A stretch of DNA of 64,000 bases, taken from positions 12,276,001-12,340,000 of the forward strand of contig NC_043024.1 in NCBI RefSeq assembly GCF_006345805.1. The letters run 5' to 3'. Below, piece after piece: positions 63,256 through 64,000 of this stretch (position 1 is the first letter of the stretch; every line of letters begins with the position of its first letter). A program made the translations under genes and the position numbers. This stretch comes from Octopus sinensis (lineage: Eukaryota). The notes under the pieces were generated by a model, which was given only the letters and a program-made list of their open reading frames with translations, did not search any database and was not told where the DNA came from.

Positions 63256-64000
63256 TTGGGTTGGCAACTAAGTTCCCGCTGTTTTTTTTAAATTTTGGAA
63301 TTATTTTGAAATTTATTTTTTTTTGAGCATTCTATTTTGTTTTTTTTTCTCTAATTAATTTTTGTTTATTTTCAGATCCCTAAAATGGAATGTCAAGTTA
63401 AGAAAAACGAGCCTTTTCGACACCTCCTTCTTTTTGCTTTTAATGAAGGTTCTAAGGCCACAAAAGCTGCTCGTGACATTTGTGCTGTGCCATAGCTGAA
63501 AGAACCACTCGTGATTGATATTTCAAGTTCAAAAATAGGAACTTTTATCTCAAAGATGCACCTTGTTCTGAAGGTCCAGTTGAGTTTGATGAAGAGCAAT
63601 TAAACCAACTTTTGCACGAAAATTCTCGTCAAACGACAAGGGAACTGGCAGAGAAAATGGAATGCTCCTACACTGCTATAGAGAAGCATCTTCACTCAAT
63701 GAGAAAGGTTCAGAAGTATGGACCATGGGTTCCACATGCTTTAAGTGACAACAACAAAAATCGAGCCACAATCTCCGCTGGTTTGCTTGCTCGTCACCAC
63801 TCAACTCATGAACACAAGCAATGATTTCTTTACCGAATCGTTACTGGTGATGAAAAATGGTGCCTATACGTCAATATGAAGCAGCGTAAGGAATGTTTTA
63901 GCTCCGGTAAGCAAGCAATATCGTGTGTGAAACAAGATCTTCATCCGTGTAAAATGATGGTGGGACTGGGAAGGGATCATCCATTACGAATTGCTTGAAC
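63256..64000 (+). mobile_element. Decayed mariner transposon, truncated by the window end (intronic to the GALNT-like gene)
   Basis: TA|ttgggttggcaactaagt TIR; MECQVKKNEPFRHLLLFAFNEGSKATKAARDICAV, WVPHAL and TGDEKW, with stops and frameshifts. Confidence 0.9.

Overview
Repeat-rich animal genomic DNA. The repeat families and the tandem C2H2 zinc-finger gene type point to an octopod (Octopus-like) genome; this is an inference from recognised families, not a database result. Three host genes are supported. (1) A C2H2 zinc-finger ORF (+, 885-2300). (2) A 9-exon minus-strand gene that I spliced by hand (28295 to 7576; all GT-AG junctions, phases consistent, 1608 nt = 535 aa). It encodes about 10 ankyrin repeats plus two RING fingers, i.e. 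a Mind-bomb-like E3 ligase that appears to lack the MZM/REP substrate-binding N-terminus. Most of its exons are invisible in the ORF track. (3) The last exon of a probable ricin-lectin GalNAc-transferase (-, 62791-62946). The rest is mobile DNA and repeats: an almost intact RTE LINE (only two 1-bp deletions, a PHD finger inserted after the RT core, a 3' UTR amplified five-fold), CR1-type and R4/Dong-type non-LTR fragments, Helitron, Gypsy, mariner/Tc1/maT elements, SINEs, foldback/MITE elements, minimal hammerhead-ribozyme-like motifs, a 206-bp satellite, three 2-3 kb microsatellite-like fields and a 100-N scaffold gap. No rRNA, intact tRNA or CRISPR array is supported.
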